This document shows positions 37,337 to 47,390 of a DNA stretch of 64,000 nt, in pieces. Numbering within the stretch: position 1 is the stretch's first letter; each line of letters begins with the position of its first letter. The DNA comes from Candidatus Poseidoniaceae archaeon. GTDB taxonomy: Archaea > Thermoplasmatota > Poseidoniia > Poseidoniales > Poseidoniaceae. The DNA is taken from NCBI GenBank assembly GCA_965662895.1, contig CBFIJH010000003.1, positions 69,693 through 133,692 on the forward strand, written 5' to 3'. Made by a program: the position numbers and the translations under genes. Under the pieces are notes generated by a model. That model had not been told where the DNA came from. It did no database searches and was given only the letters and a program-made list of their open reading frames with translations.

Positions 37337-39364
37337 ATGATGGAACATCCACTCGACGTGACCTATGCGGGAATCAAAGGGTATTACCTCCTTCTCGTTC
37401 TCGGTGGAATCTCGATTGCCTTCTTCGTGTATCAAGTTCAAAAAGCCACTCGATTGGTGCTTTTGGGCGCACCTGACAAGCGTTTTGATTCATGGGGAAA
37501 AAGGCTGAAAGAGACCCTTACAGTTTGGCTTGGACAACGTAAGGTACTGGAGGATAAAGTTGCTGGAACAATGCACGTTTTGATGTTCTGGGGTTTCCTT
37601 ATGCTCTCCTCGGATATGCTCGATTTGGCAACTGCCAACCGATTCAGCGACCATATTCTTCCCGAAGCATTGAACGGGATTTGGAATGGAATGGTTGAAC
37701 TTGGTTATACGAGTGCTCTCATTGGTTGTTTCCTCGCTTTGAACCGTCGTGTTCTCTTCACGCCCGAGAAATTGAAGGGGAAATCGCAACTTGAAGGGAA
37801 TGTTATTCTTCTCTTGATTATGACCATCTGTACGACGTCCTACATTGTTGAAGCAGGTGAAAACCCGCATCCGACGTGGGAAATGATCGGCGCTTGGGTC
37901 GCAGACACATTTTCTCCCACGCAGACCACAATCAATGCTGCTTACTGGGCGCACATGGTTGCAATCTGCACGTTCTTGTTCCTAATCCCGCTTTCAAAGC
38001 ACATGCACCTCGTCATGGCCTTACCGAATGTAGCGTTTTACGACACTGAGCCTATGGCCAAAATGCGACCACTTGCAACCGACGAGAGTGGATCTGCTGT
38101 TTCTCTTGAAGAACTCGATTTGGAATCGTTCGGTGCTGCAAATTACACGCAACTAACCTGGAGAAGTTTGATTGATGGATGGGCCTGTACATCTTGTGCA
38201 CGTTGCCAAGATGTTTGCCCTGCTTATGCGAGTGGAAAGGCGTTGAATCCAATGCAAATCGTTCACGACGTTCGAAACTATGCGAACGAACATGCTTCAC
38301 AACTCTTCGCCGGGGAGGCGCCAGAAGAAGACATCATCGCACGATTTGGTGAAGAGTCAATTTGGGCTTGTACGACCTGTCACGCTTGTGTTGATGTCTG
38401 TCCGGTGAACATTGAACACGTACCGAAATTAACGGATGCGCGACGTCACTTGATGATGGAGCGAATGGAATTTGATGAGGCTGTAGAGGATACAATCATG
38501 CCACTCATGGCAACCATCGAGAATTTAGAATCCGATTCCAATCCCTACGGGTTACCATCCCATGAGCGAGGTGACTGGGCCGCTGATCTTGATGTAAAAG
38601 TCGCTGAACCAGCGGAATACATCTATTTCGCTGGATGCGCTGCTTCCTTTGATGAACGCAACAAAAAAGTCGCACGCGACACCATCTCCATCATGAAGGA
38701 AGCAGGTCTCGACGTTGGCATTCTTGGTATGCAAGAAGGCTGCAGCGGTGATGCAGCCCGTCGTGCAGGGAACGAATATTTGTTCCAAATGCTTGCGGAG
38801 ACAAACCTCGAAACTTTCAACGAACTTGGGGTCAAGAAGGTCGTAGCTTCCTGCCCACACTGCTTCCATACGCTTGGAAAGGAATACAAGGACTACGGCG
38901 GGGAAGACATCGAAGTGATGCATCACTCTCAGTTGATTTCACACCTTCAACAGGAAGGAAAATTACCGCAACCCAGTCACGATGGTTCTGTTACCTATCA
39001 TGACCCATGTTATCTTGGCCGAATTGGTGGTGAATACGATGCACCTCGGGATGCAATCGGAGGAGTTGATGTGGAAACTGAACGTCATGGCCGTGGATCC
39101 TTCTGTTGCGGAGCAGGCGGTGCTCAGATGTGGATGGAAGAACATGTTCCTGAAGGCAACGATCGGGTGAACATCATCCGTGCAAAGGAACTCGCATCGA
39201 CGGGTGCGGACACGGTTGCTGTTGGCTGTCCATTTTGTTCAACCATGGTGACGGATGGATTGTCTGCAATCGATGCGGAAATGGATGTCAAGGATATTGC
39301 CGAATTGGTTTGGGAGCAAATCAAAGCGAACGATGCGAAAATCGAAGAAGCAAAGGCCGCTTAA
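37337..39364 (+). CDS. Membrane-bound Fe-S oxidoreductase (FadF/HdrD-like: TM domain, two ferredoxin motifs, CCG domains)
   Basis: N-terminal TMs with His, CTSCARCQDVCP, CTTCHACVDVCP, CPHC, YHDPCYLGR, CCGAGG, CPFC. Confidence 0.9.
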   Translation: MMEHPLDVTYAGIKGYYLLLVLGGISIAFFVYQVQKATRLVLLGAPDKRFDSWGKRLKETLTVWLGQRKVLEDKVAGTMHVLMFWGFLMLSSDMLDLATANRFSDHILPEALNGIWNGMVELGYTSALIGCFLALNRRVLFTPEKLKGKSQLEGNVILLLIMTICTTSYIVEAGENPHPTWEMIGAWVADTFSPTQTTINAAYWAHMVAICTFLFLIPLSKHMHLVMALPNVAFYDTEPMAKMRPLATDESGSAVSLEELDLESFGAANYTQLTWRSLIDGWACTSCARCQDVCPAYASGKALNPMQIVHDVRNYANEHASQLFAGEAPEEDIIARFGEESIWACTTCHACVDVCPVNIEHVPKLTDARRHLMMERMEFDEAVEDTIMPLMATIENLESDSNPYGLPSHERGDWAADLDVKVAEPAEYIYFAGCAASFDERNKKVARDTISIMKEAGLDVGILGMQEGCSGDAARRAGNEYLFQMLAETNLETFNELGVKKVVASCPHCFHTLGKEYKDYGGEDIEVMHHSQLISHLQQEGKLPQPSHDGSVTYHDPCYLGRIGGEYDAPRDAIGGVDVETERHGRGSFCCGAGGAQMWMEEHVPEGNDRVNIIRAKELASTGADTVAVGCPFCSTMVTDGLSAIDAEMDVKDIAELVWEQIKANDAKIEEAKAA

Positions 39365-39383
39365 AATCGTTTGATGATGTAGG

Positions 39384-40313
39384 ATGGATCGAGAAGCCTT
39401 GCTTTCTTGGTACAAACGTGTTCAGCGGCCATTACCATGGCGAGTAAACCCGTCCCCGTGGTCCATCCTCCTTTCTGAAATCTTATTGCAACAAACACAA
39501 ATGGATCGAGGCATCGCCTATCATGCAAAACTATTGGAACGCTTTCCAACTGTTCAATCGATGGCTGAATCAAGTGTCGACGAAGTCTTGCATTTATGGC
39601 AAGGTGCTGGTTATTATTCCCGCGCTCGCCGATTGCATGCATTAGCGATTGAAGTCGTTGAATCGCATGAAGGTGTTCTTCCTGACAATTATGCGGGCTT
39701 GCTTCAACTGCCAGGGATTGGACCATATACAGCAGCTGCAGTCGCCTCGATTGCTTTCTCGAGACCTGTAGCTTGTGTGGATGGGAACATCCGACGTGTT
39801 ATGGCTCGCCAAACAAACCAGGAAAATCCTACCGCAAAGCAAACACAATCCTATGCTGATCAGCTTCTGTTCGAATCCGCACCCGGTGACTGGAATCAAG
39901 CGATGATGGAACTCGGCGCTCTTGTTTGTCGGCCACGAAACCCATCGTGCGATGTGTGTCCAGTTTCTGACACATGTCTGGGGCGAGCACGAGCGCATGA
40001 ATTGCCACGTCCAAAGAAAACAAAGAAGAAAATTCTCGAGTTATCCTGCATTGTTCGCGTTGATAAAAAGGGCCGGCCTGAATTGCACCAACGCCCAGAC
40101 CATGGATTGTTTGCAGGCCTTTGGGGTCCAAGATTGGAAAAGAATCTCAATACGACCGATTGTGAATTTATAGGGACAATACGGCACCTTCTCTCTCACA
40201 GGGAGATGATTGTCTCGGTTTGGAAAACGGATGGATTGAATGGAATCAACCCGGATTCTGTAGCCCTTTCATCCCTTGATCGAAGAATTCTCGAATTGGC
40301 TGGATTGCTCTAG
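39384..40313 (+). CDS. mutY: A/G-specific adenine glycosylase
   Basis: LPWR, SEILLQQT, W.G.GYYSRAR, LPGIGPYTA, VDGN, C-x6-C-x2-C-x5-C cluster. Confidence 0.93.
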   Translation: MDREALLSWYKRVQRPLPWRVNPSPWSILLSEILLQQTQMDRGIAYHAKLLERFPTVQSMAESSVDEVLHLWQGAGYYSRARRLHALAIEVVESHEGVLPDNYAGLLQLPGIGPYTAAAVASIAFSRPVACVDGNIRRVMARQTNQENPTAKQTQSYADQLLFESAPGDWNQAMMELGALVCRPRNPSCDVCPVSDTCLGRARAHELPRPKKTKKKILELSCIVRVDKKGRPELHQRPDHGLFAGLWGPRLEKNLNTTDCEFIGTIRHLLSHREMIVSVWKTDGLNGINPDSVALSSLDRRILELAGLL

Positions 40314-41009
40314 AATGTCCCAAGTGAATGAGGCCAGACATCCGAGCAACGCGAAAAACAGGACAAACTCTGCAGGGGCAGCCACATTGACCCATGGTTG
40401 AAGTTGGTCAAGCGGAATCATGTTGGGTTCGATGTTCAATTCATTGGATCTTTGCTCGATTCCTCGAGCAAGAGAAACGGTCATGACAAAGAGCGACAAA
40501 AGCGCAAGAAGCAAGGATGCCAATCGGAGTTGACGCCCTCGATGGTTTGGATTTTCCAATGAGAAATGTGCAAGGACTGCCCATGCAAATCCTCCATGGA
40601 ACACAATCATCGAAGTGTAGACATGGATTTCAATGTGGTCGTACATGTCTGCAAATGCAAGCACAGCCAGATGGCTTGAACTCAATACGCCCAGTATCGT
40701 CGCCAAAAGAAGAACTCTTTTTCGTGCACGTTCATGAAACAAAACGTACAACCGAAGAGCAAGTAGGCATTGGAAAAGTGCAGAAACAAACAGCCCACAT
40801 GTAAACACGATACGCTCGAGGCCAGGATGATCTGCTTCTGAAATGAAGAAGGGTATGTCGCGATAATTTCCCGTGAGCAGATGAATTGCTACAGCACCGA
40901 AAACCGTGCTCAGCGGGACAAGCCATGCCAGTTTGACGAGTTTGTCGTCACGAAGGACGTGTGAAGAGATTCGGACACCGTCTTGGTTACTGATGTCCAA
41001 GCCCCTCAT
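40269..41009 (-). CDS. Frag1/DRAM/Sfk1-like six-TM membrane protein
   Basis: Six hydrophobic helices with PFFISE...LE..VF after TM1, His before TM4 and E in last TM, matching the family pattern as recalled. Confidence 0.6.
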   Translation of the reverse strand: MRGLDISNQDGVRISSHVLRDDKLVKLAWLVPLSTVFGAVAIHLLTGNYRDIPFFISEADHPGLERIVFTCGLFVSALFQCLLALRLYVLFHERARKRVLLLATILGVLSSSHLAVLAFADMYDHIEIHVYTSMIVFHGGFAWAVLAHFSLENPNHRGRQLRLASLLLALLSLFVMTVSLARGIEQRSNELNIEPNMIPLDQLQPWVNVAAPAEFVLFFALLGCLASFTWDILEQSSQFENSSIKG

Positions 41010-41077
41010 CAGCGTGTCCTATGCTCCTTGACGTATCAATCTTCAAGTGAGAGTGGCGACACCGGGGGATTGTTCAC

Positions 41078-42565
41078 ATGCCACTACGAGTGCACGATAC
41101 ACGACGGCGGGAAAAGGTTGATTTCACAACCCAATCTCCTGGAAGAGTCTCGATGTATGTCTGTGGCGTCACGGTTTACGACCGCTGCCACCTCGGGCAT
41201 GCTCGATGTTACATCGCTTTTGATTTGATTCATCGCTGGCTTGAAGCATCAGGCTATGACGTGGATTATGTGCAAAATTTCACCGATATTGATGATAAAA
41301 TCATCCTTCGTTCGATAGAGTCTGGTGAGGATTGGAGAGCGATTGTTGAACGGAACATTGCAACGTATTACGAAGATATGGATGCGTTGAATATCCTTCG
41401 CGCTGATCACTATCCTCGATGTACAGAGTACGTCGATTCAATGATACACATCATTGAGGATTTAATCGAAAAAGAGCATGCCTATGTCGCCAACGATGGC
41501 GTCTACTTCCGGGTTGATTCCGCACCCGAAAAGTACGGACAGTTAACCGGTCAATCCATTGATGCTGTCCGACAAGGCGCTGGGGGACGTGTCGGTGAGA
41601 CGGGTTCTGGGAAACGCGATCACAAGGATTTCGCTCTTTGGAAACAAGCGAAACCAGGCGAGCCAACTTGGCCATCGCCTTGGGGTGAGGGGCGACCTGG
41701 CTGGCACATCGAGTGCAGCGCTATGAGTCTCGATCATTTCGGAACTTCCTTTGATATCCACGGTGGAGGGCATGATTTGCGATTCCCACATCACGAGGCC
41801 GAGATTTTCCAAAGTGAATGTCATACAGGCCATGCTCCGCTTGCTGGGTATTGGTTGCACAATGGATTTGTCAACATCGATGGAGAAAAGATGAGCAAGT
41901 CACTCGGAAACTTCTGGACAATTCGAGACATCATCCAGAACGTCGATCCGCTTGTTCTTCGCCTTGCATTGGTCAATGCACACTACCGTTCACCAATCGA
42001 CATGAATGAACAACTTCTGAACGATGCTTCCCGAAATCACGACCGAATTCTGCAGGTGTATGCCTCAGCATTGCGTATGGCAAGCGAAGGACGCCACCAT
42101 GCACTGCCAACTCCTGATAGGGGAAGCTCTGACCCATTGGCAAAGACACTTGGTCTACTTGAGCGACTTGCAGAAGGCTTCGCTCAAGCCATGGATGATG
42201 ATTTCAACAGTCGTGAAGCGGTTGCAAAAGTTCTCGCAGCGACCAAACAACTGCAACTTCTTATGACCCTTGGTACAGATGATGGTGACAAGCGAGCCAT
42301 TGCAATGTATGCGAAAGAATGGTTGGAAGAAACGGCCGGTAACATACTTGGAATTCTTCCTACGCCTGATGTCCTCTTAGCGGAACCCGTCGAAGACCCT
42401 CGAAAGGCAGAAATTGCTGACCAAGTTGAAGCCTTACTCGTCGAACGAAGCGATGCTCGAGCCAGCAAGGATTGGTCACGGGCGGACGAAATTCGTGACC
42501 AACTCAATGAACTCGGAGTTCGCGTGACCGACACTGCAGAAGGTCCGGTATGGGAACTCAACTGA
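41078..42565 (+). CDS. cysS: Cysteine-tRNA ligase
   Basis: [28 protein letters not shown]-terminal RxxKDW..AD.IRD.L. Confidence 0.97.
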   Translation: MPLRVHDTRRREKVDFTTQSPGRVSMYVCGVTVYDRCHLGHARCYIAFDLIHRWLEASGYDVDYVQNFTDIDDKIILRSIESGEDWRAIVERNIATYYEDMDALNILRADHYPRCTEYVDSMIHIIEDLIEKEHAYVANDGVYFRVDSAPEKYGQLTGQSIDAVRQGAGGRVGETGSGKRDHKDFALWKQAKPGEPTWPSPWGEGRPGWHIECSAMSLDHFGTSFDIHGGGHDLRFPHHEAEIFQSECHTGHAPLAGYWLHNGFVNIDGEKMSKSLGNFWTIRDIIQNVDPLVLRLALVNAHYRSPIDMNEQLLNDASRNHDRILQVYASALRMASEGRHHALPTPDRGSSDPLAKTLGLLERLAEGFAQAMDDDFNSREAVAKVLAATKQLQLLMTLGTDDGDKRAIAMYAKEWLEETAGNILGILPTPDVLLAEPVEDPRKAEIADQVEALLVERSDARASKDWSRADEIRDQLNELGVRVTDTAEGPVWELN

Positions 42566-45082
42566 TCATTCTTCTTCCATTGAAGGTGGAGGAGCAAGCG
42601 GCGGTAATTCAGGAACGAATTGCTTGTCTTCGTCTTGCCACTGTTTTTCAATCATAACCGTTTGGTCGACGCTCATTTCTTCGTCTTCTTCAGTCGTTCG
42701 AGTAAGAATTCCTACAGCTAAAAGAAGGAGAATGACAAGAATGACCAGGAGTGATTTCGGCCCAAGTAGCGAGGATTCTTCGCTTGAGGCATCATCAACA
42801 TCTTCTCCAAGAATACAGTTTGGTGGGCAGTTGGAATCTCTTCCTGAATCTCCGGTGGTGTCGTTGCTGTTCTGATTTGTATCCTCAATGGGCGTATCGT
42901 CAACGGGAGTTGTTGTTGAATCACCGGTATTGTCTTGAGGTTCAAGAACAACGTTGACGCCGGTACGGTCACCGTTCTCCATCGGAATGGCGTAGTAGTC
43001 TTCCAATTGACTCAATTGAATGTGGGTATTCGCATGCATCGAGCCAGTGATCACTCCAAAATGACGCGTATCACCTGTTGTGAAAATACTGTTGAGGACG
43101 TTGCCTTGCATGCTTGAGTAACTGTCCGTACTCGATGACCATGTTGCTGCGACATCGTCAGGATTTAGGGCCATTGCCATTTCCATGTCGGCCAAAATAG
43201 TCGACCACGATTGCGTTCCTTCCGGAACCGAGCGGTCCGTCACATCCACGGCTTTGTTGAATCCTGGACCTTCAACCAACTCCCAATCGTCACCCTTCAA
43301 TTGTGACATAAGGTCAACATCACCAAACACAGGCTGTCCATTGACGACCGTCAATCGGACGTCTGCATCAATGGCTTCAATCAAGTTTCGATATGGGTTT
43401 TCATGGAAGGTATCAATGACCACAAGGTCGGCGTATAAGCCGGGGTTGATGGTGCCAACAAAGCCATCCCAGTTGCTCGCAAGTGCTGGGTTTTTCGTCA
43501 CCATTGCAGCAAGTTCGTAGTCGGAAAAGTAGGAATCAAGGTTGTTCGAATTCCACAGATCGGCAATCTTCAGTTCATGCAAACTGTTCTTTGAACCACT
43601 TGGTCCCCAATCGGGAGCAAGCGATATCCGAACACCGGCTTGGTCTGCTGCGACAACATCGGTTGTATCTCCATAAAGGAGCAGATTTGAGAGTGGCGAC
43701 CAAGCGAGGTCAGCTCCCACTTCGCCCATCATTTCAAATTCGGTGGATGTGAGAGCAGTTCCATGGATCACAACCAACTCTCCAACAAGCAGATTGTTTT
43801 GTACGAGAATATCAAACTCAGCTCGGCTTTCCTCATCAACACCCTCGGAAAGGTGCAAGTACCATGCGTTCAAGCTTCCACTTGTGTTGCCCGATTTTAT
43901 GTGATTGCCTTGATAATCAGACTCAAGGGTAGTAACTTTTGTGTGCATACCGTCGCCGCCAAAGTTGTATAATTCGATGTTCCGTGAGAGCATACTGTCC
44001 CAGGCATCCGTGTTGCTTGAGGGCGAACCTTGGATTGATGTAACGCCACCAGCAACAGCCATAACTTCTGCATACTTCATTTGCTCATCGGCCATGTTCC
44101 ACATCGATCCTGATTGTACGAACGTCTTCATCCAGGAGATGTCACGTTTGTAATTTGGATTGTATTTCCATTGGTTTCGATTTGAATAGCCACCTTCATC
44201 AGATTTATCGTTTGTATGAACTTCAAAGTCCCACAGGGGGATGTGATTGTAATGGACATGGTTGTGCGTGTCGATTAGACCGGGGTAGATTGTACCGTTT
44301 GTTTCAACAACAGGTACGCCGGTTAAATCGACGTTTTGAGGGATATTTTGACCGGACCATACTGCGGAAATTTTACTGTTTTGAACCAGAACATTGCCAT
44401 CATTGATGACATTGCTTTCAGCGTTCATGGTCACAACTCGCCCTTTGAGGAGCATGGATTCAACATAACCTCCATCACTAATACCAAAACATCCAATCAT
44501 ATTTTGGGCAACATCAAACGATTCATCTTGGGAATATCCAGGTGTTGGAGGTCTAACCTTCCAAATCGAGCCATTGTCAAGTGGAATGTAGGAATTTCCG
44601 TACCAGGAATCTCTTTCCGGGTACGACAATGCATCAACAAGCGTTCCGTCATCGGTATAGAGGTTCACCGTATCTCCGTCATAATAGTCCAGTTCGATTC
44701 GAGAGGCGTTGATGAACACTGAGACGTAGCCACCTGGTTGGATGACAGTGTTGCGTGCAAGTTGACACGGCGCGCTTCCTCCATCGGCAATGTCGTCCAA
44801 AACCCAGTTGGAGATATTAATCGGAGCTGTTGTCGGATTGTGCAATTCAATGAATTGATCAGAAAATTTTCCATACTCTCCATCTCCATTCCAATCTGTA
44901 GCATTGTAGCAATTCGAACAGGTTTCGTTGTTTTTCATACTGTTTGGCGAGGCTAAGATTTCTGAAATGATAATGGATTCTGGTGAAGAATTTGAATCGT
45001 CTGTTTCTTCTGAAACTCCAAGCGGCGCAGCAAGAACGCCCAGAAGAAGAAACACGACAAGGAACGATGACACTCTGCTCAT
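42566..45082 (-). CDS. Secreted, membrane-anchored amidohydrolase with N-terminal lamin-tail-like domain
   Basis: Signal peptide; IIISEI...FIELHN...INISNWVL (LTD); PGLIDTHNH, HLSEG, IHG, APDW, G.YADLVV; C-terminal TM and Pro-rich tail. Confidence 0.82.
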   Translation of the reverse strand: MSRVSSFLVVFLLLGVLAAPLGVSEETDDSNSSPESIIISEILASPNSMKNNETCSNCYNATDWNGDGEYGKFSDQFIELHNPTTAPINISNWVLDDIADGGSAPCQLARNTVIQPGGYVSVFINASRIELDYYDGDTVNLYTDDGTLVDALSYPERDSWYGNSYIPLDNGSIWKVRPPTPGYSQDESFDVAQNMIGCFGISDGGYVESMLLKGRVVTMNAESNVINDGNVLVQNSKISAVWSGQNIPQNVDLTGVPVVETNGTIYPGLIDTHNHVHYNHIPLWDFEVHTNDKSDEGGYSNRNQWKYNPNYKRDISWMKTFVQSGSMWNMADEQMKYAEVMAVAGGVTSIQGSPSSNTDAWDSMLSRNIELYNFGGDGMHTKVTTLESDYQGNHIKSGNTSGSLNAWYLHLSEGVDEESRAEFDILVQNNLLVGELVVIHGTALTSTEFEMMGEVGADLAWSPLSNLLLYGDTTDVVAADQAGVRISLAPDWGPSGSKNSLHELKIADLWNSNNLDSYFSDYELAAMVTKNPALASNWDGFVGTINPGLYADLVVIDTFHENPYRNLIEAIDADVRLTVVNGQPVFGDVDLMSQLKGDDWELVEGPGFNKAVDVTDRSVPEGTQSWSTILADMEMAMALNPDDVAATWSSSTDSYSSMQGNVLNSIFTTGDTRHFGVITGSMHANTHIQLSQLEDYYAIPMENGDRTGVNVVLEPQDNTGDSTTTPVDDTPIEDTNQNSNDTTGDSGRDSNCPPNCILGEDVDDASSEESSLLGPKSLLVILVILLLLAVGILTRTTEEDEEMSVDQTVMIEKQWQDEDKQFVPELPPLAPPPSMEEE

Positions 45083-45174
45083 GTTCGATGCTTGTCGATT
45101 GAGCACATCAACCCGTCGATTGAACCTTTTGGTAAAATGCATGAGCACTTATACTGTGACCCCTAGGCTTAACC

Positions 45175-45537
45175 ATGGCAACAGTAGAGATGCATGAATC
45201 ATCCTTCAATGATATCATTGAGGGAAACGACCTCGTCATCATTGATTTCTGGGCTGAATGGTGCGGACCATGTCGCGCCTATGCACCGGTCTTTGAACGT
45301 GTATCCGAGGAATTTTCAGATGTTGTTTTTGCCAAAGTTGACACCGAAGTTGAACAAGCACTCGCTGGTTCGTTTGGTATTCGTTCCATTCCGACGACGA
45401 TTGCCTTCAAAGAAGGAATTGGTGTCTTCATGCAACCGGGGGCTCTCCCAGAGGACGCTCTCCGCGACTTAATCACCAAACTCCAAGGATTGGACATGGA
45501 CGAAGTTCGTGCAGAACTTGAAACACGTCAATCATAA
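45175..45537 (+). CDS. trxA: Thioredoxin
   Basis: DFWAEWCGPC, IRSIPT. Confidence 0.95.
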   Translation: MATVEMHESSFNDIIEGNDLVIIDFWAEWCGPCRAYAPVFERVSEEFSDVVFAKVDTEVEQALAGSFGIRSIPTTIAFKEGIGVFMQPGALPEDALRDLITKLQGLDMDEVRAELETRQS

Positions 45538-45589
45538 GATTTAGCATAAGGCGCAAAGCGTCATATGTCGGTTGTGAGACGATGGATTG

Positions 45590-47389
45590 ATGCGGGGCAT
45601 CTCGTTGTTGTTGGTTTTTCTTTTACCTTCCCTATTATCGGGATGTTTCGGAGAAGATCTACAAAATAATGCAGGTGAAATATCCGATATGATTTACCCC
45701 GAACCTTGGGATCGAAAAGACCGTAGTTATGACGATACGGATGTTTTCTCCCGAGTTACAACAAACGGTTCCTACGATATCGGACCTGTCCAATCAGTGT
45801 TCGTTCCGGTTCCGAGTATCACACTCGCTGATGGTGGCGCAGGCGCAACAGGAGGAGCTGAAGTACACCTCGGTCTCTGGCTCCCTGTGATTGAAGGGTG
45901 TGACTATTCTTCCGCAGACAACTTGAGTGAGTCGTGTCAAGTGCCGGTCATTGCAGAGATTGGCCCATATTACAGCGATGGAGATGTTGATGCCTTAACA
46001 CCTGCAAACCGATTGGGTCGGATGCTCATTGAAAATTATGTTCCGCATGGTTACGGTGTTGCTCAAGTCTCGGTTTTTGGTACGGGTGAATCAAATCACT
46101 GCATGGATCTCATGGGCACCGATGAACAACGTGGAATCGATGCTGCAGTCACATGGCTCGGAACGCAGTCATGGTCCAATGGAAACGTTGGAATTATTGG
46201 AAAGTCGTATGACGGATCAACTCCATGGCAGGCAGCCACATTTGGCAACCCACACTTAGCAACAATCGTACCAATGTCAGGTCTGATTGGTGTGCATGAA
46301 TTGATGTGGCGCAACGGTAGCATGGAAGCACGTGGTATGATTATGCACAACGGCGTTTACGGTTCGTTTGGAATTGATGGGGACGCGGAAGACAGTCATA
46401 CATTGTGCGAAGGCTACATCCAAGGCTACGTCAACGGGCCCGCTGCTTATTTGAGCGGAGGAATGGTCGACTATGGAGGAAACACGTATTGGACAGAGCG
46501 CTCGTTTCTCGACCGTGTTCTCCAAAATTACAATGGCTCTGTTTACTTGATTCAAGGAATGCAGGATTGGAATGTTGACCCACACATGTCGTTCCCTGTA
46601 CATCAGCAGGTTGCCGATGCTGGAATCGAAATCAAGACTCTTGCTGGACAATGGGCACATGATTATCCCGACCGTGTTGAAGGCCACTCTTCTCAAGGAG
46701 AAGGTCGAGGGGCTGAAGCCTATCCCTACACACTTCGTTGGGATTGGGCGGATGAAATGCTGTACTGGTTTGATTGGTACCTGAAAGGAGAAGGACGTGC
46801 ACCTACGCTTGGTGTTGAAATGCAGGATAATCGAGGCGGGTGGCGCTTTGAGCAAACCTATCCTCCACTCGATGCTGAACATTTGGAACTCACGGGAAGT
46901 GATCTTGCACCAACAGGTTCGACAGTCTCAGCAACCAGTTCTGTAACGCTGAGCTACGGACCTTTCGAAGAAGAAACACGTATCATTGGTATGCCGACCT
47001 TCCACATCGATGCTACCCCTAGCTTAACCGGAGGCCATCTTTTCATTGAAATGACCGATGGGACGGGTATGCATCTCGGGCATGCAGTTATGGATTTGCG
47101 ATACCATGCTGGCGGTCGAGATGGACAAGAGATTCTCGTTCCGTTCGCATCTGTCAATGCTTTGATGGAATTCATGCCGATGGATGTGGTGCTTCAGGAA
47201 GGAGAGGGTATTCTCCTCACAGTTTCGCAAACAGGAGAGGACTACGTTCCATCTCCTGCAGCATCAGGTGCTGTAACAATTGATTGGTCTCAAAGCACGC
47301 TCACACTACCGCTTATTGACCGAACATGCGAGGACTTGTTCCAGGTTCCAATGCTTGACTATTCAAGCGATGGTGGACGGCAATGCTGA
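45590..47389 (+). CDS. CocE/NonD - X-Pro dipeptidyl-peptidase (S15) family hydrolase, lipoprotein-like
   Basis: LLSGC lipobox-like, [15 protein letters not shown] nucleophile motif, DWNV, H near QWAH. Confidence 0.88.
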   Translation: MRGISLLLVFLLPSLLSGCFGEDLQNNAGEISDMIYPEPWDRKDRSYDDTDVFSRVTTNGSYDIGPVQSVFVPVPSITLADGGAGATGGAEVHLGLWLPVIEGCDYSSADNLSESCQVPVIAEIGPYYSDGDVDALTPANRLGRMLIENYVPHGYGVAQVSVFGTGESNHCMDLMGTDEQRGIDAAVTWLGTQSWSNGNVGIIGKSYDGSTPWQAATFGNPHLATIVPMSGLIGVHELMWRNGSMEARGMIMHNGVYGSFGIDGDAEDSHTLCEGYIQGYVNGPAAYLSGGMVDYGGNTYWTERSFLDRVLQNYNGSVYLIQGMQDWNVDPHMSFPVHQQVADAGIEIKTLAGQWAHDYPDRVEGHSSQGEGRGAEAYPYTLRWDWADEMLYWFDWYLKGEGRAPTLGVEMQDNRGGWRFEQTYPPLDAEHLELTGSDLAPTGSTVSATSSVTLSYGPFEEETRIIGMPTFHIDATPSLTGGHLFIEMTDGTGMHLGHAVMDLRYHAGGRDGQEILVPFASVNALMEFMPMDVVLQEGEGILLTVSQTGEDYVPSPAASGAVTIDWSQSTLTLPLIDRTCEDLFQVPMLDYSSDGGRQC

Positions 47390-47390
47390 A

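Noticed and set aside
37253-37441. N-terminal extension of mvk
   Set aside because: Overlaps the divergent Fe-S gene; the kinase motif begins at ATG 37252
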